64,000 nt of DNA, taken from positions 208,258,001 to 208,322,000 of the forward strand of contig OZ024743.1 in NCBI GenBank assembly GCA_964016885.1. The letters are read 5' to 3'. The position numbers were made by a program, and so were the translations under genes. The DNA comes from Eledone cirrhosa. Its lineage: Eukaryota. The notes under the pieces are model-generated. The model saw only the letters and a list, made by a program, of their open reading frames with translations. It made no database searches and was not told the DNA's origin. Position 1 is the stretch's first letter. Each line of letters starts with the position of its first letter. Positions 39,837 through 55,500 of the stretch are shown in pieces.

Positions 39837-40169
39837 GGAGGCACATGGCTTAGTAGTTAGAGCATTGGCCTTGCAATCGAAAGGTTGTGAGTTCAATTCT
39901 CAGACCGGGTGATGTGTTGTTTCCTTGAGCAAGACACTTTATTTCACATTGCTCCAGTTTACTCAGCTGTAGAAATGAGATGATAGGGACTGGGGTCCCT
40001 ATCAGCCCACTGCAAAGTGGTCGTGGAGGTGCCACGGCAAAAAAGCACCCAGCATTCACTGTAAATGAGGTTGGTGTTAGGAAAGGCATCCATCTGTAGA
40101 AATCAAGCCAGCATCAGTTCCCGTCCCACCCTTGCAAGCAGGGAAAAGTGGACGTAAAATGAAATGATG

Positions 40170-40170
<1 letters not shown>
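39837..40170 (+). mobile_element. Apparently full-length tRNA-derived SINE with RTE-derived 3' tail
   Basis: A-box TGGCTTAGTAGTTAG, B-box GAGTTCAATTCT, core CCTTGAGCAAGACACTTTATTTCACATTGCTCCAG, tail homologous to the RTE 3' UTR. Inserted in (TA)n. Confidence 0.88.
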
Positions 40171-40204
<34 letters not shown>

Positions 40205-40530
40205 CACAACATACAATACTTTCCACTCAAATGAAAAAGTTGGGTGGACAATTTCAATATACAATTTACTTTAAATTAGAAGTGACAAATTATTTTTAAA
40301 GTGAGTCTCAGATATACAATCTTTATATCCTTACTCTTTTATTTTTTATCTTTTAATTACACGACTTACTTTGAAATGACAGTTTTAACTGTTAATCCTA
40401 CATTTGTAACTGGTATTAATAGAATCTAATAATGGAACATATGTAGGGATTAAAGTTAGGAAGTGCATATTTGTTTATAATTTCATTAAATGATATAATG
40501 TGATACTTAGAAAAAGATTAGAATCTGTGA

Positions 40531-43500
40531 GATATACCACAGTTTACTATCCTATAGCCACAGATGAAAGCTCTTCACCCCATAAGATATACCACAGTTT
40601 ACCATCCTATAGCCACACATGAAAGCTCTTCACTCCATGAGATATACCACAGTTTACCATCCTATAGCCACAGATGAAAGCTCTTCACTCCATAAGATAT
40701 ACCAAAGTTTACCATCCTATAGCCACACATGAAAGCTCTTCACTCCATAAGATATACCACAGTTTACCATCCTATAGCCACAGATGAAAGCTCTTCACCC
40801 CATAAGATATACCACAGTTTACCATCCTATAGCCACACATGAAAGCTCTTCACTCCATAAGATATACCACAGTTTACCATCCTATAGCCACACATGAAAG
40901 CTCTTCACTCCATAAGATATACCACAGTTTACCATTCTATAGCCACACATGAAAGCTCATAACTCCATAACATATACCACAGTTTACCATCCTATAGCCA
41001 CACATGAAAGCTCTTCACTCCATAAGATATACCACAGTTTACCATCCTATAGCCACACATGAAAGCTCTTCACTCCATAAGATATACCACAGTTTACCAT
41101 CCTATAGCCACACATGAAAGCTCTTCACTCCATAAGATATACCACAGTTTACCATCCTATAGCCACAGATGAAAGCTCTTCACTCCATAAGATATACCAC
41201 AGTTTACCATCCTATAGCCACACATGAAAGCTCTTCACTCCATAAGATATACCACAGTTTACCATCCTATAGCCACAGATGAAAGCTCTTCACTCCATAA
41301 GATATACCACAGTTTACCATCCTATAGCCACACATGAAAGCTCTTCACTCCATAAGATATAACACAGTTTACCATCCTATGGCCACAGATGAAAGCTCTT
41401 CACTCCATAAGATACACCACAGTTTACCATCCTATAGCCAGATGAAAGCTCTTCACTCCATAAGATATACCACAGTTTACCATCCTATAGCCACACATGA
41501 AAGCTCTTCACTCCATAAGATATACCACAGTTTACCATCCTATGGCCACACATGAAAGCTCTTCACTCCATAAGATATACCACAGTTTACCATTCTATGG
41601 CCACAGATGAAAGCTCTTCACTCCATAAGATATACCACAGTTTACCATCCTATAGCCACAGATGAAAGCTCTTAGCTCCATAAGATATAACACAGTTTAC
41701 CATCCTATAGCCACAGATGAAAGCTCTTCACCCCATAAGATATACTACAGTTTACCATCCTATAGCAAAAGATGAAAGCTCTTCACTCCATAAGATATAC
41801 GACAGTTTGCCATCCTATAGCCACAGATGAAAGCTCTTCACTCCATAAGATATACCACAGTTTACCATCCTATAGCCAGATGAAAGCTCTTCACTCCATA
41901 AGATATACCACAGTTTACCATCCCATAGCCACACATTAAAGCTCTTCACTCCATAAGATATACCACAGTTTAACATCCTATGGCCACAGATGAAAGCCCT
42001 TCACTCCATAAGATATACCACAGTTTACCATCCTATAGCCACACATGAAAGCTCTTCACTCCATAAGATATACCACAGTTTACCATCCTATAGCCACACA
42101 TGAAAGCTCTTCACTCCATAAGATATACCACAGTTTACCATCCTATAGCCACAGATGAAAGCTCTTCACTCCAAAAGATATAACACAGTTTACCATCCTA
42201 TAGCCACTAATGAAAGCTCTTCACCCCATAAGATATACCACAGTTTACCATCCTATAGCCACAGATGAAAGCTCTTCAATCAATAAGATATACCACAGTT
42301 TACCATCCTATAGCCACAGATGAAAGCTCTTAACTTCATAAGATATACCACAGTTTACCATCCTATGGCCACAGATGAAAGCTCTTCACTCCATAAGATA
42401 TACCACAGTTTACCATCCTATGGCCACACATGAAAGCTCTTCACTCCATAACATATACCACAGTTTACCATCCTATGGCCACACATGAAAGCTCTTCACT
42501 CCATAAGATATACCACAGTTTACCATCCTATAGCCACACATGAAAGCTCTTCACTCCATAAGATATACCACAGTTTACCATCCTATAGCCACACATGAAA
42601 GCTCTTCACTCCATAAGATATACCACAGTTTACCATCCTATAGCCACGCCACGGATGAAAGCTCTTCACTCCATAAGATATACCACAGTTTACCATCCTA
42701 TAGCCACACATGAAAGCTCTTCACTCCATAAGATATACCACAGTTTACCATCATATAGCCACACATGAAAGCTCTTCACTCCATAAGATATACCACAGTT
42801 TACCATCCTATAGCCACAGATGAAAGCTCTTCACTCCATAAGATATACCACAGTTTACCATCCTATAGCCACACATGAAAGCTCTTCACTCCATAAGATA
42901 TACCACAGTTTACCATCCTATAGCCACACATGAAAGCTCTTCACTCCATAAGATATACCACAGTTTACCATCCTATAGCCACGCCACGGATGAAAGCTCT
43001 TCACTCCATAAGATATACCACAGTTTACCATCCTATAGCCACACATGAAAGCTCTTCACTCCATAAGATATACCACAGTTTACCATCATATAGCCACACA
43101 TGAAAGCTCTTCACTCCATAAGATATACCACAGTTTACCATCCTATAGCCACAGATGAAAGCTCTTCACTCCATAAGATATACCACAGTTTACCATCCTA
43201 TAGGCACTCATGAAAGCTCTTCACTCCATAAGATATACCACAGTTTACCATCCTATAGCCACACATGAAAGCTCTTCACTCTATAAGATATACCACAGTA
43301 TACCATCCTATAGCCACACATGAAAGCTCTTCACTCCATAAGATATACCACAGTTTACCACCCTATGGCCATAGATGAAAGCTCTTCACTCCATAAGATA
43401 TACCACAGTTTACCATCCTGTAGCCACGCATGAAAGCTCTTTACTCCATAAGATATACCACAGTTTACCATCCTATAGCCACACATGAAAGCTCTTCACT

Positions 43501-46500
43501 CCATTAGATATACCACAGTTTACCATCCTATAGCCACGCCACGGATGAAAGCTCTTCACTCCATAATATATACCACAGTTTACCATCCTATAGACACACA
43601 CGAAAGCTCTTCACTCCATAAGATATACCACAGTTTACCATCCTATTGCCACAGATGAAAGCTCTTCACTCCATAAGATATACCACAGTTTACCATCCTA
43701 TAGCCACAGATGAAAGCTCTTCACTCCATAAGATATACCACAGTTTACCGTCCTATAGCCACACATGAAAGCTGTTCACTCCATAACATATACCACAGTT
43801 TACCATCCTATAGCCACACATGAAAGCTCTTCACTCCATAAGATATACCACAGTTTACCATCCTATAGCCACACATGAAAGATCTTCACTCCATAAGATA
43901 TACCACAGTTTACCATCATATAGCCACACATGAAAGCTCTTCACTCCATAAGATATACCACAGTTTACCATCCTATAGCCACACATGAAAGCTATTCACT
44001 CCATAAGATATACCACAGTTTACCATCCTATAGCCACACATGAAAGCTCTTCACTCCATAAGATATACCACAGTTTACCATCCTATATGAAAACATGAAA
44101 GCTCTTCACTCCATAAGATATACCACAGTTTACCATCCTATGGCCACAGATGAAAACTCTTCACTCCATAAGATATACCAAAGTTTACCACCCTATGGCC
44201 ACAGATGAAAGCTCTTCACTCCATAACATATACCACAGTTTACCATCATATAGCCACACATGAAAGCTCTTCACTCCATAAGATATACCACAGTTTACCA
44301 TCCTATAGCCACAGATGAAGGCTCTTCACTCCATAAGATATACCACAGTTTACCATCCTATAGGCACAGATGAAAGCTCTTCACTCCATAAGATATACCA
44401 CAGTTTACCATCCTATAGCCACACATGAAAGCTCTTCACTCTATAAGATATACCACAGTTTACCATCCTATAGCCACACATGAAAGATCTTCACTCCATA
44501 AGATATACCACAGTTTACCATCCTATAGCAAAACATGAAAGCTCTTCACTCCATAAGATATACCACAGTTTACCATCCTATGGCCACAGATGAAAGCTCT
44601 TCACTCCATAAGATATACCACAGTTTACCACCCTATGGCCACAGATGAAAGCTCTTCACTCCATAAGATATACCACAGTTTACCATCCTATAGCCACACA
44701 TGAAAGCTCTTCACTCCATAAGATATACCACAGTTTACCATCCTATAGCCACACATGAAAGCTCTTCACTCCATAAGATATACCACAGTTTACCATCCTA
44801 TAGCCACACATGAAAGCTCTTCACTCCATAAGATATACCACAGTTTACCATCCTATTGCCACAGATGAAAGCTCTTCACTCCATAAGATATAGCACAGTT
44901 TACCGTCCTATAGCCACACATGAAAGCTCTTTACTCCATAAGATATACCACATTTTACAATCCTATAGCCACACATGAAAGTTCTTCACTCCGTAACATA
45001 TACCACAGTTTACCATCCTATAGCCACACATGAAAGCTCTTCACTCCATAACATATACCACAGTTTACCATCCTATAGCCACACATGAAAGCTCTTCACT
45101 CCATAAGATATACCACAGTTTACCATCCTATAGCCACACATGAAAGCTCTTCACTCCATAAGATATACCACAGTTTACCATCCTATAGCCACAGATGAAA
45201 GCTCTTCACTCCATAAGATATACCACAGTTTACCATCCTATAGCCACAGATGAAGGCTCTTCACTCCATAAGATATACCACAGTTTACCATCCTATAGCC
45301 ACACATGAAAGCTCTTCATTCCATAGGATATACCACAGTTTACCATCCTATAGCCACACATGAAAGCTCTTCACTCCATAAGATATACCACAGTTTACCA
45401 TCCTATAGCCAGATGAAAGCTCATCACTCCATAATATATACCACAGTTTACCATCCTATAGGAAAACATGAATGAAAACTCTTCACTCCATAAGATATAC
45501 CACAGTTTACCATCCTATGGCCACAGATGAAAGCTCTTCACTCCATAAGATATACCAAAGTTTACCACCCTTTGGCCACAGATGAAAGCACTTCACTCCA
45601 TAACATATACCACAGTTTACCATCATATAGACACACATGAAAGCTCTTCACTCCATAAGATATACCACAGTTTACCATCCTATAGCCACAGATGAAAGCT
45701 CTTCACTCCATAAGATATACCACAGTTTACCATCCTATAGGCACACATGAAAGCTCTTCACTCCATAAGATATACCACAGTTTACCATCCTATAGCCACA
45801 CATGAAAGCTCTTCACTCTATAAGATATACCACAGTTTACCATCCTATAGCCACACATGAAAGCTCTTCACTCCATAAGATATACCACAGTTTACCATCC
45901 TATAGCCACGCCACAGATGAAAGCTCTTCACTCCATAATATATACCACAGTTTACCATCCTATAGACACACACGAAAGCTCTTCACTCCATAAGATATAC
46001 CACAGTTTACCATCCTATAGCAAAACATGAAAGCTCTTCACTCCATAAGATATACCATAGTTTACCATCCTATGGCCACAGATGAAAGCTCTTCGCTCCA
46101 TAAGATATACCACAGTTTACCACCCTATGGCCACAGATGAAAGCTCTTCACTCCATAAGATATACCACAGTTTACCATCCTATAGCCACGCCACGGATGA
46201 AAGCTCTTCAATCCATAAGATATACCACAGTTTACCATCCTATAGCCACACATGAAAGCTCTTCACTCCATAAGATATACCACAGTTTACCATCCTATAG
46301 CCACACATGAAAGCTCTTCACTCCATAAGATATACCACAGTTTACCATCCTATAGCCACAGATGAAAGCTCTTCACTCCAAAAGATATAACACAGTTTAC
46401 CATCCTATAGCCACTAATGAAAGCTCTTCACCCCATAAGATATACCACAGTTTACCATCCTATAGGCACAGATGAAAGCTCTTCAATCAATAAGATATAC

Positions 46501-49500
46501 CACAGTTTACCATCCTATAGCCACAGATGAAAGCTCTTAACTTCATAAGATATACCACAGTTTACCATCCTATGGCCACAGATGAAAGCTCTTCACTCCA
46601 TAAGATATACCACAGTTTACCATCCTATGGCCACACATGAAAGCTCTTCACTCCATAAGATATACCACAGTTTACCATCCTATGGCCACACATGAAAGCT
46701 CTTCACTCCATAAGATATACCACAGTTTACCATCCTATAGCCACACATGAAAGCTCTTCACTCTATAAGATATACCACAGTTTACCATCCTATAGCCACA
46801 CATGAAAGATCTTCACTCCATAAGATATACCACAGTTTACCATCCTATAGCAAAACATGAAAGCTCTTCACTCCATAAGATATACCACAGTTTACCATCC
46901 TATGGCCACAGATGAAAGCTCTTCACTCCATAAGATATACCACAGTTTACCACCCTATGGCCACAGATGAAAGCTCTTCACTCCATAAGATATACCACAG
47001 TTTACCATCCTATAGCCACGCCACGGATGAAAGCTCTTCACTCCATAAGATATACCACAGTTTAGCATCCTATAGCCACACATGAAAGCTCTTCACTCCA
47101 TAAGACATACCACAGTTTACCATCCTATAGCCACACATGAAAGCTCTTCACTCCATAAGATATACCACAGTTTACCATCCTATAGCCACACATGAAAGCT
47201 CTTCACTCCATAAGATATACCACAGTTTACCATCCTATTGCCACAGATGAAAGCTCTTCACTCCATAAGATATAGCACAGTTTACCGTCCTATAGCCACA
47301 CATGAAAGCTCTTTACTCCATAAGATATACCACATTTTACAATCCTATAGCCACACATGAAAGTTCTTCACTCCATAACATATACCACAGTTTACCATCC
47401 TATAGCCACACATGAAAGCTCTTCACTCCATAATATATACCACAGTTTACCATCCTATAGCCACACATGAAAGCTCTTCACTCCATAAGATATACCACAG
47501 TTTACCATCCTATAGCCACACATGAAAGCTCTTCACTCCATAAGATATACCACAGTTTACCATCCTATAGCCACACATGAAAGCTCTTCACTCCATAAGA
47601 TATACCACAGTTTACCATCCTATAGCCACAGATGAAAGCTCTTCACTCCATAAGATATACCACAGTTTACCATCCTATAGCCACACATGAAAGCTCTTCA
47701 TTCCATAGGATATACCACAGTTTACCATCCTATAGCCACACATGAAAGCTCTTCACTCCATAAGATATACCACAGTTTACCATCCTATAGCCAGATGAAA
47801 GCTCATCACTCCATAATATATACCACAGTTTACCATCCTATAGGAAAACATGAATGAAAACTCTTCACTCCATAAGATATACCACAGTTTACCATCCTAT
47901 GGCCACAGATGAAAGCTCTTCACTCCATAAGATATACCAAAGTTTACCACCCTTTGGCCACAGATGAAAGCACTTCACTCCATAACATATACCACAGTTT
48001 ACCATCCTATAGCCACACATGAAAGCTCTTCACTCCATAAGATATACCAAAGTTTACCACCCTTTGGCCACAGATGAAAGCACTTCACTCCATAACATAT
48101 ACCACAGTTTACCATCCTATAGACACACATGAAAGCTCTTCACTCCATAAGATATACCACAGTTTACCACCCTATGGCCATAGATGAAAGCTCTTCACTC
48201 CATAAGATATACCACAGTTTACCATCCTGTAGCCACGCATGAAAGCTCTTTACTCCATAAGATATACCACAGTTTACCATCCTATAGCCACACATGAAAG
48301 CTCTTCACTCCATTAGATATACCACAGTTTACCATCCTATAGCCACGCCACGGATGAAAGCTCTTCACTCCATAATATATACCACAGTTTACCATCCTAT
48401 AGACACACACGAAAGCTCTTCACTCCATAAGATATACCACAGTTTACCATCCTATTGCCACAGATGAAAGCTCTTCACTCCATAAGATATACCACAGTTT
48501 ACCATCCTATAGCCACAGATGAAAGCTCTTCACTCCATAAGATATACCACAGTTTACCGTCCTATAGCCACACATGAAAGCTGTTCACTCCATAACATAT
48601 ACCACAGTTTACCATCCTATAGCCACACATGAAAGCTCTTCACTCCATAAGATATACCACAGTTTACCATCCTATAGCCACACATGAAAGATCTTCACTC
48701 CATAAGATATACCACAGTTTACCATCATATAGCCACACATGAAAGCTCTTCACTCCATAAGATATACCACAGTTTACCATCCTATAGCCACACATGAAAG
48801 CTATTCACTCCATAAGATATACCACAGTTTACCATCCTATAGCCACACATGAAAGCTCTTCACTCCATAAGATATACCACAGTTTACCATCCTATATGAA
48901 AACATGAAAGCTCTTCACTCCATAAGATATACCACAGTTTACCATCCTATGGCCACAGATGAAAACTCTTCACTCCATAAGATATACCAAAGTTTACCAC
49001 CCTATGGCCACAGATGAAAGCTCTTCACTCCATAACATATACCACAGTTTACCATCATATAGCCACACATGAAAGCTCTTCACTCCATAAGATATACCAC
49101 AGTTTACCATCCTATAGCCACAGATGAAGGCTCTTCACTCCATAAGATATACCACAGTTTACCATCCTATAGGCACAGATGAAAGCTCTTCACTCCATAA
49201 GATATACCACAGTTTACCATCCTATAGCCACACATGAAAGCTCTTCACTCTATAAGATATACCACAGTTTACCATCCTATAGCCACACATGAAAGATCTT
49301 CACTCCATAAGATATACCACAGTTTACCATCCTATAGCAAAACATGAAAGCTCTTCACTCCATAAGATATACCACAGTTTACCATCCTATGGCCACAGAT
49401 GAAAGCTCTTCACTCCATAAGATATACCACAGTTTACCACCCTATGGCCACAGATGAAAGCTCTTCACTCCATAAGATATACCACAGTTTACCATCCTAT

Positions 49501-52500
49501 AGCCACACATGAAAGCTCTTCACTCCATAAGATATACCACAGTTTACCATCCTATAGCCACACATGAAAGCTCTTCACTCCATAAGATATACCACAGTTT
49601 ACCATCCTATAGCCACACATGAAAGCTCTTCACTCCATAAGATATACCACAGTTTACCATCCTATTGCCACAGATGAAAGCTCTTCACTCCATAAGATAT
49701 AGCACAGTTTACCGTCCTATAGCCACACATGAAAGCTCTTTACTCCATAAGATATACCACATTTTACAATCCTATAGCCACACATGAAAGTTCTTCACTC
49801 CGTAACATATACCACAGTTTACCATCCTATAGCCACACATGAAAGCTCTTCACTCCATAACATATACCACAGTTTACCATCCTATAGCCACACATGAAAG
49901 CTCTTCACTCCATAAGATATACCACAGTTTACCATCCTATAGCCACACATGAAAGCTCTTCACTCCATAAGATATACCACAGTTTACCATCCTATAGCCA
50001 CAGATGAAAGCTCTTCACTCCATAAGATATACCACAGTTTACCATCCTATAGCCACAGATGAAGGCTCTTCACTCCATAAGATATACCACAGTTTACCAT
50101 CCTATAGCCACACATGAAAGCTCTTCATTCCATAGGATATACCACAGTTTACCATCCTATAGCCACACATGAAAGCTCTTCACTCCATAAGATATACCAC
50201 AGTTTACCATCCTATAGCCAGATGAAAGCTCATCACTCCATAATATATACCACAGTTTACCATCCTATAGGAAAACATGAATGAAAACTCTTCACTCCAT
50301 AAGATATACCACAGTTTACCATCCTATGGCCACAGATGAAAGCTCTTCACTCCATAAGATATACCAAAGTTTACCACCCTTTGGCCACAGATGAAAGCAC
50401 TTCACTCCATAACATATACCACAGTTTACCATCATATAGACACACATGAAAGCTCTTCACTCCATAAGATATACCACAGTTTACCATCCTATAGCCACAG
50501 ATGAAAGCTCTTCACTCCATAAGATATACCACAGTTTACCATCCTATAGGCACACATGAAAGCTCTTCACTCCATAAGATATACCACAGTTTACCATCCT
50601 ATAGCCACACATGAAAGCTCTTCACTCTATAAGATATACCACAGTTTACCATCCTATAGCCACACATGAAAGCTCTTCACTCCATAAGATATACCACAGT
50701 TTACCATCCTATAGCCACGCCACAGATGAAAGCTCTTCACTCCATAATATATACCACAGTTTACCATCCTATAGACACACACGAAAGCTCTTCACTCCAT
50801 AAGATATACCACAGTTTACCATCCTATAGCAAAACATGAAAGCTCTTCACTCCATAAGATATACCATAGTTTACCATCCTATGGCCACAGATGAAAGCTC
50901 TTCGCTCCATAAGATATACCACAGTTTACCACCCTATGGCCACAGATGAAAGCTCTTCACTCCATAAGATATACCACAGTTTACCATCCTATAGCCACGC
51001 CACGGATGAAAGCTCTTCAATCCATAAGATATACCACAGTTTACCATCCTATAGCCACACATGAAAGCTCTTCACTCCATAAGATATACCACAGTTTACC
51101 ATCCTATAGCCACACATGAAAGCTCTTCACTCCATAAGATATACCACAGTTTACCATCCTATAGCCACAGATGAAAGCTCTTCACTCCAAAAGATATAAC
51201 ACAGTTTACCATCCTATAGCCACTAATGAAAGCTCTTCACCCCATAAGATATACCACAGTTTACCATCCTATAGCCACAGATGAAAGCTCTTCAATCAAT
51301 AAGATATACCACAGTTTACCATCCTATAGCCACAGATGAAAGCTCTTAACTTCATAAGATATACCACAGTTTACCATCCTATGGCCACAGATGAAAGCTC
51401 TTCACTCCATAAGATATACCACAGTTTACCATCCTATGGCCACACATGAAAGCTCTTCACTCCATAAGATATACCACAGTTTACCATCCTATGGCCACAC
51501 ATGAAAGCTCTTCACTCCATAAGATATACCACAGTTTACCATCCTATAGCCACACATGAAAGCTCTTCACTCTATAAGATATACCACAGTTTACCATCCT
51601 ATAGCCACACATGAAAGATCTTCACTCCATAAGATATACCACAGTTTACCATCCTATAGCAAAACATGAAAGCTCTTCACTCCATAAGATATACCACAGT
51701 TTACCATCCTATGGCCACAGATGAAAGCTCTTCACTCCATAAGATATACCACAGTTTACCACCCTATGGCCACAGATGAAAGCTCTTCACTCCATAAGAT
51801 ATACCACAGTTTACCATCCTATAGCCACGCCACGGATGAAAGCTCTTCACTCCATAAGATATACCACAGTTTACCATCCTATAGCCACACATGAAAGCTC
51901 TTCACTCCATAAGACATACCACAGTTTACCATCCTATAGCCACACATGAAAGCTCTTCACTCCATAAGATATACCACAGTTTACCATCCTATAGCCACAC
52001 ATGAAAGCTCTTCACTCCATAAGATATACCACAGTTTACCATCCTATTGCCACAGATGAAAGCTCTTCACTCCATAAGATATAGCACAGTTTACCGTCCT
52101 ATAGCCACACATGAAAGCTCTTTACTCCATAAGATATACCACATTTTACAATCCTATAGCCACACATGAAAGTTCTTCACTCCATAACATATACCACAGT
52201 TTACCATCCTATAGCCACACATGAAAGCTCTTCACTCCATAATATATACCACAGTTTACCATCCTATAGCCACACATGAAAGCTCTTCACTCCATAAGAT
52301 ATACCACAGTTTACCATCCTATAGCCACACATGAAAGCTCTTCACTCCATAAGATATACCACAGTTTACCATCCTATAGCCACACATGAAAGCTCTTCAC
52401 TCCATAAGATATACCACAGTTTACCATCCTATAGCCACAGATGAAAGCTCTTCACTCCATAAGATATACCACAGTTTACCATCCTATAGCCACACATGAA

Positions 52501-55500
52501 AGCTCTTCATTCCATAGGATATACCACAGTTTACCATCCTATAGCCACACATGAAAGCTCTTCACTCCATAAGATATACCACAGTTTACCATCCTATAGC
52601 CAGATGAAAGCTCATCACTCCATAATATATACCACAGTTTACCATCCTATAGGAAAACATGAATGAAAACTCTTCACTCCATAAGATATACCACAGTTTA
52701 CCATCCTATGGCCACAGATGAAAGCTCTTCACTCCATAAGATATACCAAAGTTTACCACCCTTTGGCCACAGATGAAAGCACTTCACTCCATAACATATA
52801 CCACAGTTTACCATCCTATAGCCACACATGAAAGCTCTTCACTCCATAAGATATACCAAAGTTTACCACCCTTTGGCCACAGATGAAAGCACTTCACTCC
52901 ATAACATATACCACAGTTTACCATCCTATAGACACACATGAAAGCTCTTCACTCCATAAGATATACCACAGTTTACCATCCTATAGCCACAGATGAAAGC
53001 TCTTCACTCCATAAGATATACCACAGTTTACCATCCTATAGCCACACATGAAAGCTCTTCACTCTATAAGATATACCACAGTTTACCATCCTATAGCCAC
53101 ACATGAAAGCTCTTCACTCCATAAGATATACCACAGTTTACCATCCTATAGCCACGCCACAGATGAAAGCTCTTCACTCCATAATATATACCACAGTTTA
53201 CCATCCTATAGACACACACGAAAGCTCTTCACTCCATAAGATATACCACAGTTTACCATCCTATAGCAAAACATGAAAGCTCTTCACTCCATAAGATATA
53301 CCATAGTTTACCATGCTATGGCCACAGATGAAAGCTCTTCGCTCCATAAGATATACCACAGTTTACCACCCTATGGCCACAGATGAAAGCTCTTCACTCC
53401 ATAAGATATACCACAGTTTACCATCCTATAGCCACGCCACGGATGAAAGCTCTTCAATCCATAAGATATACCACAGTTTACCATCCTATAGCCACACATG
53501 AAAGCTCTTCACTCCATAAGATATACCACAGTTTACCATCCTATAGCCACACATGAAAGCTCTTCACTCCATAAGATATACCACAGTTTACCATCCTATA
53601 GCCACAGATGAAAGCTCTTCACTCCAAAAGATATAACACAGTTTACCATCCTATAGCCACTAATGAAAGCTCTTCACCCCATAAGATATACCACAGTTTA
53701 CCATCCTATAGCCACAGATGAAAGCTCTTCAATCAATAAGATATACCACAGTTTACCATCCTATAGCCACAGATGAAAGCTCTTAACTTCATAAGATATA
53801 CCACAGTTTACCATCCTATGGCCACAGATGAAAGCTCTTCACTCCATAAGATATACCACAGTTTACCATCCTATGGCCACACATGAAAGCTCTTCACTCC
53901 ATAAGATATACCACAGTTTACCATCCTATGGCCACACATGAAAGCTCTTCACTCCATAAGATATACCACAGTTTACCATCCTATAGCCACACATGAAAGC
54001 TCTTCACTCCATAAGATATACCACAGTTTACCATCCTATAGCCACACATGAAAGCTCTTCACTCCATAAGATATACCACAGTTTACCATCCTATAGCCAC
54101 GCCACGGATGAAAGCTCTTCACTCCATAAGATATACCACAGTTTACCATCCTATAGCCACACATGAAAGCTCTTCACTCCATAAGATATACCACAGTTTA
54201 CCATCCTATAGCCACACATGAAAGCTCTTCACTCCATAAGATATACCACAGTTTACCATCATATAGCCACACATGAAAGCTCTTCACTCCATAAGATATA
54301 CCACAGTTTACCATCCTATAGCCACAGATGAAAGCTCTTCACTCCATAAGATATACCACAGTTTACCATCCTATAGGCACTCATGAAAGCTCTTCACTTC
54401 ATAAGATATACCACAGTTTACCATCCTATGGCCACAGATGAAAGCTCTTCACTCCATAAGATATACCACAGTTTACCACCCTATGGCCATAGATGAAAGC
54501 TCTTCACTCCATAAGATATACCACAGTTTACCATCCTGTAGCCACGCATGAAAGCTCTTCACTCCATAAGATATACCACAGTTTACCATCCTATAGCCAC
54601 ACATGAAAGCTCTTCACTCCATTAGATATACCACAGTTTACCATCCTATAGCCACGCCACGGATGAAAGCTCTTCACTCCATAAGATATACCACAGTTTA
54701 CCATCCTATTGCCACAGATGAAAGCTCTTCACTCCATAAGATATACCACAGTTTACCATCCTATAGCCACAGATGAAAGCTCTTCACTCCATAAGATATA
54801 CCACAGTTTACCGTCCTATAGCCACACATGAAAGCTCTTCACTCCATAAGATATACCACAGTTTACCATCCTATAGCCACACATGAAAGCTCTTCACTCC
54901 ATAAGATATACCACAGTTTACCATCCTATAGCCACACATGAAAGATCTTCACTCCATAAGATATACCACAGTTTACCATCATATAGCCACACATGAAAGC
55001 TCTTCACTCCATAAGATATACCACAGTTTACCATCCTATAGCCACACATGAAAGCTATTCACTCCATAAGATATACCACAGTTTACCATCCTATAGCCAC
55101 ACATGAAAGCTCTTCACTCCATAAGATATACCACAGTTTACCATCCTATATGAAAACATGAAAGCTCTTCACTCCATAAGATATACCACAGTTTACCATC
55201 CTATGGCCACAGATGAAAACTCTTCACTCCATAAGATATACCAAAGTTTACCACCCTATGGCCACAGATGAAAGCTCTTCACTCCATAACATATACCACA
55301 GTTTACCATCATATAGCCACACATGAAAGCTCTTCACTCCATAAGATATACCACAGTTTACCATCCTATAGCCACAGATGAAGGCTCTTCACTCCATAAG
55401 ATATACCACAGTTTACCATCCTATAGGCACAGATGAAAGCTCTTCACTCCATAAGATATACCACAGTTTACCATCCTATAGCCACACATGAAAGCTCTTC

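Noticed and set aside
39837-39910. tRNA gene
   Set aside because: A- and B-boxes are present but there is no complete cloverleaf, and the sequence runs into a SINE core and tail, so it is a SINE head.
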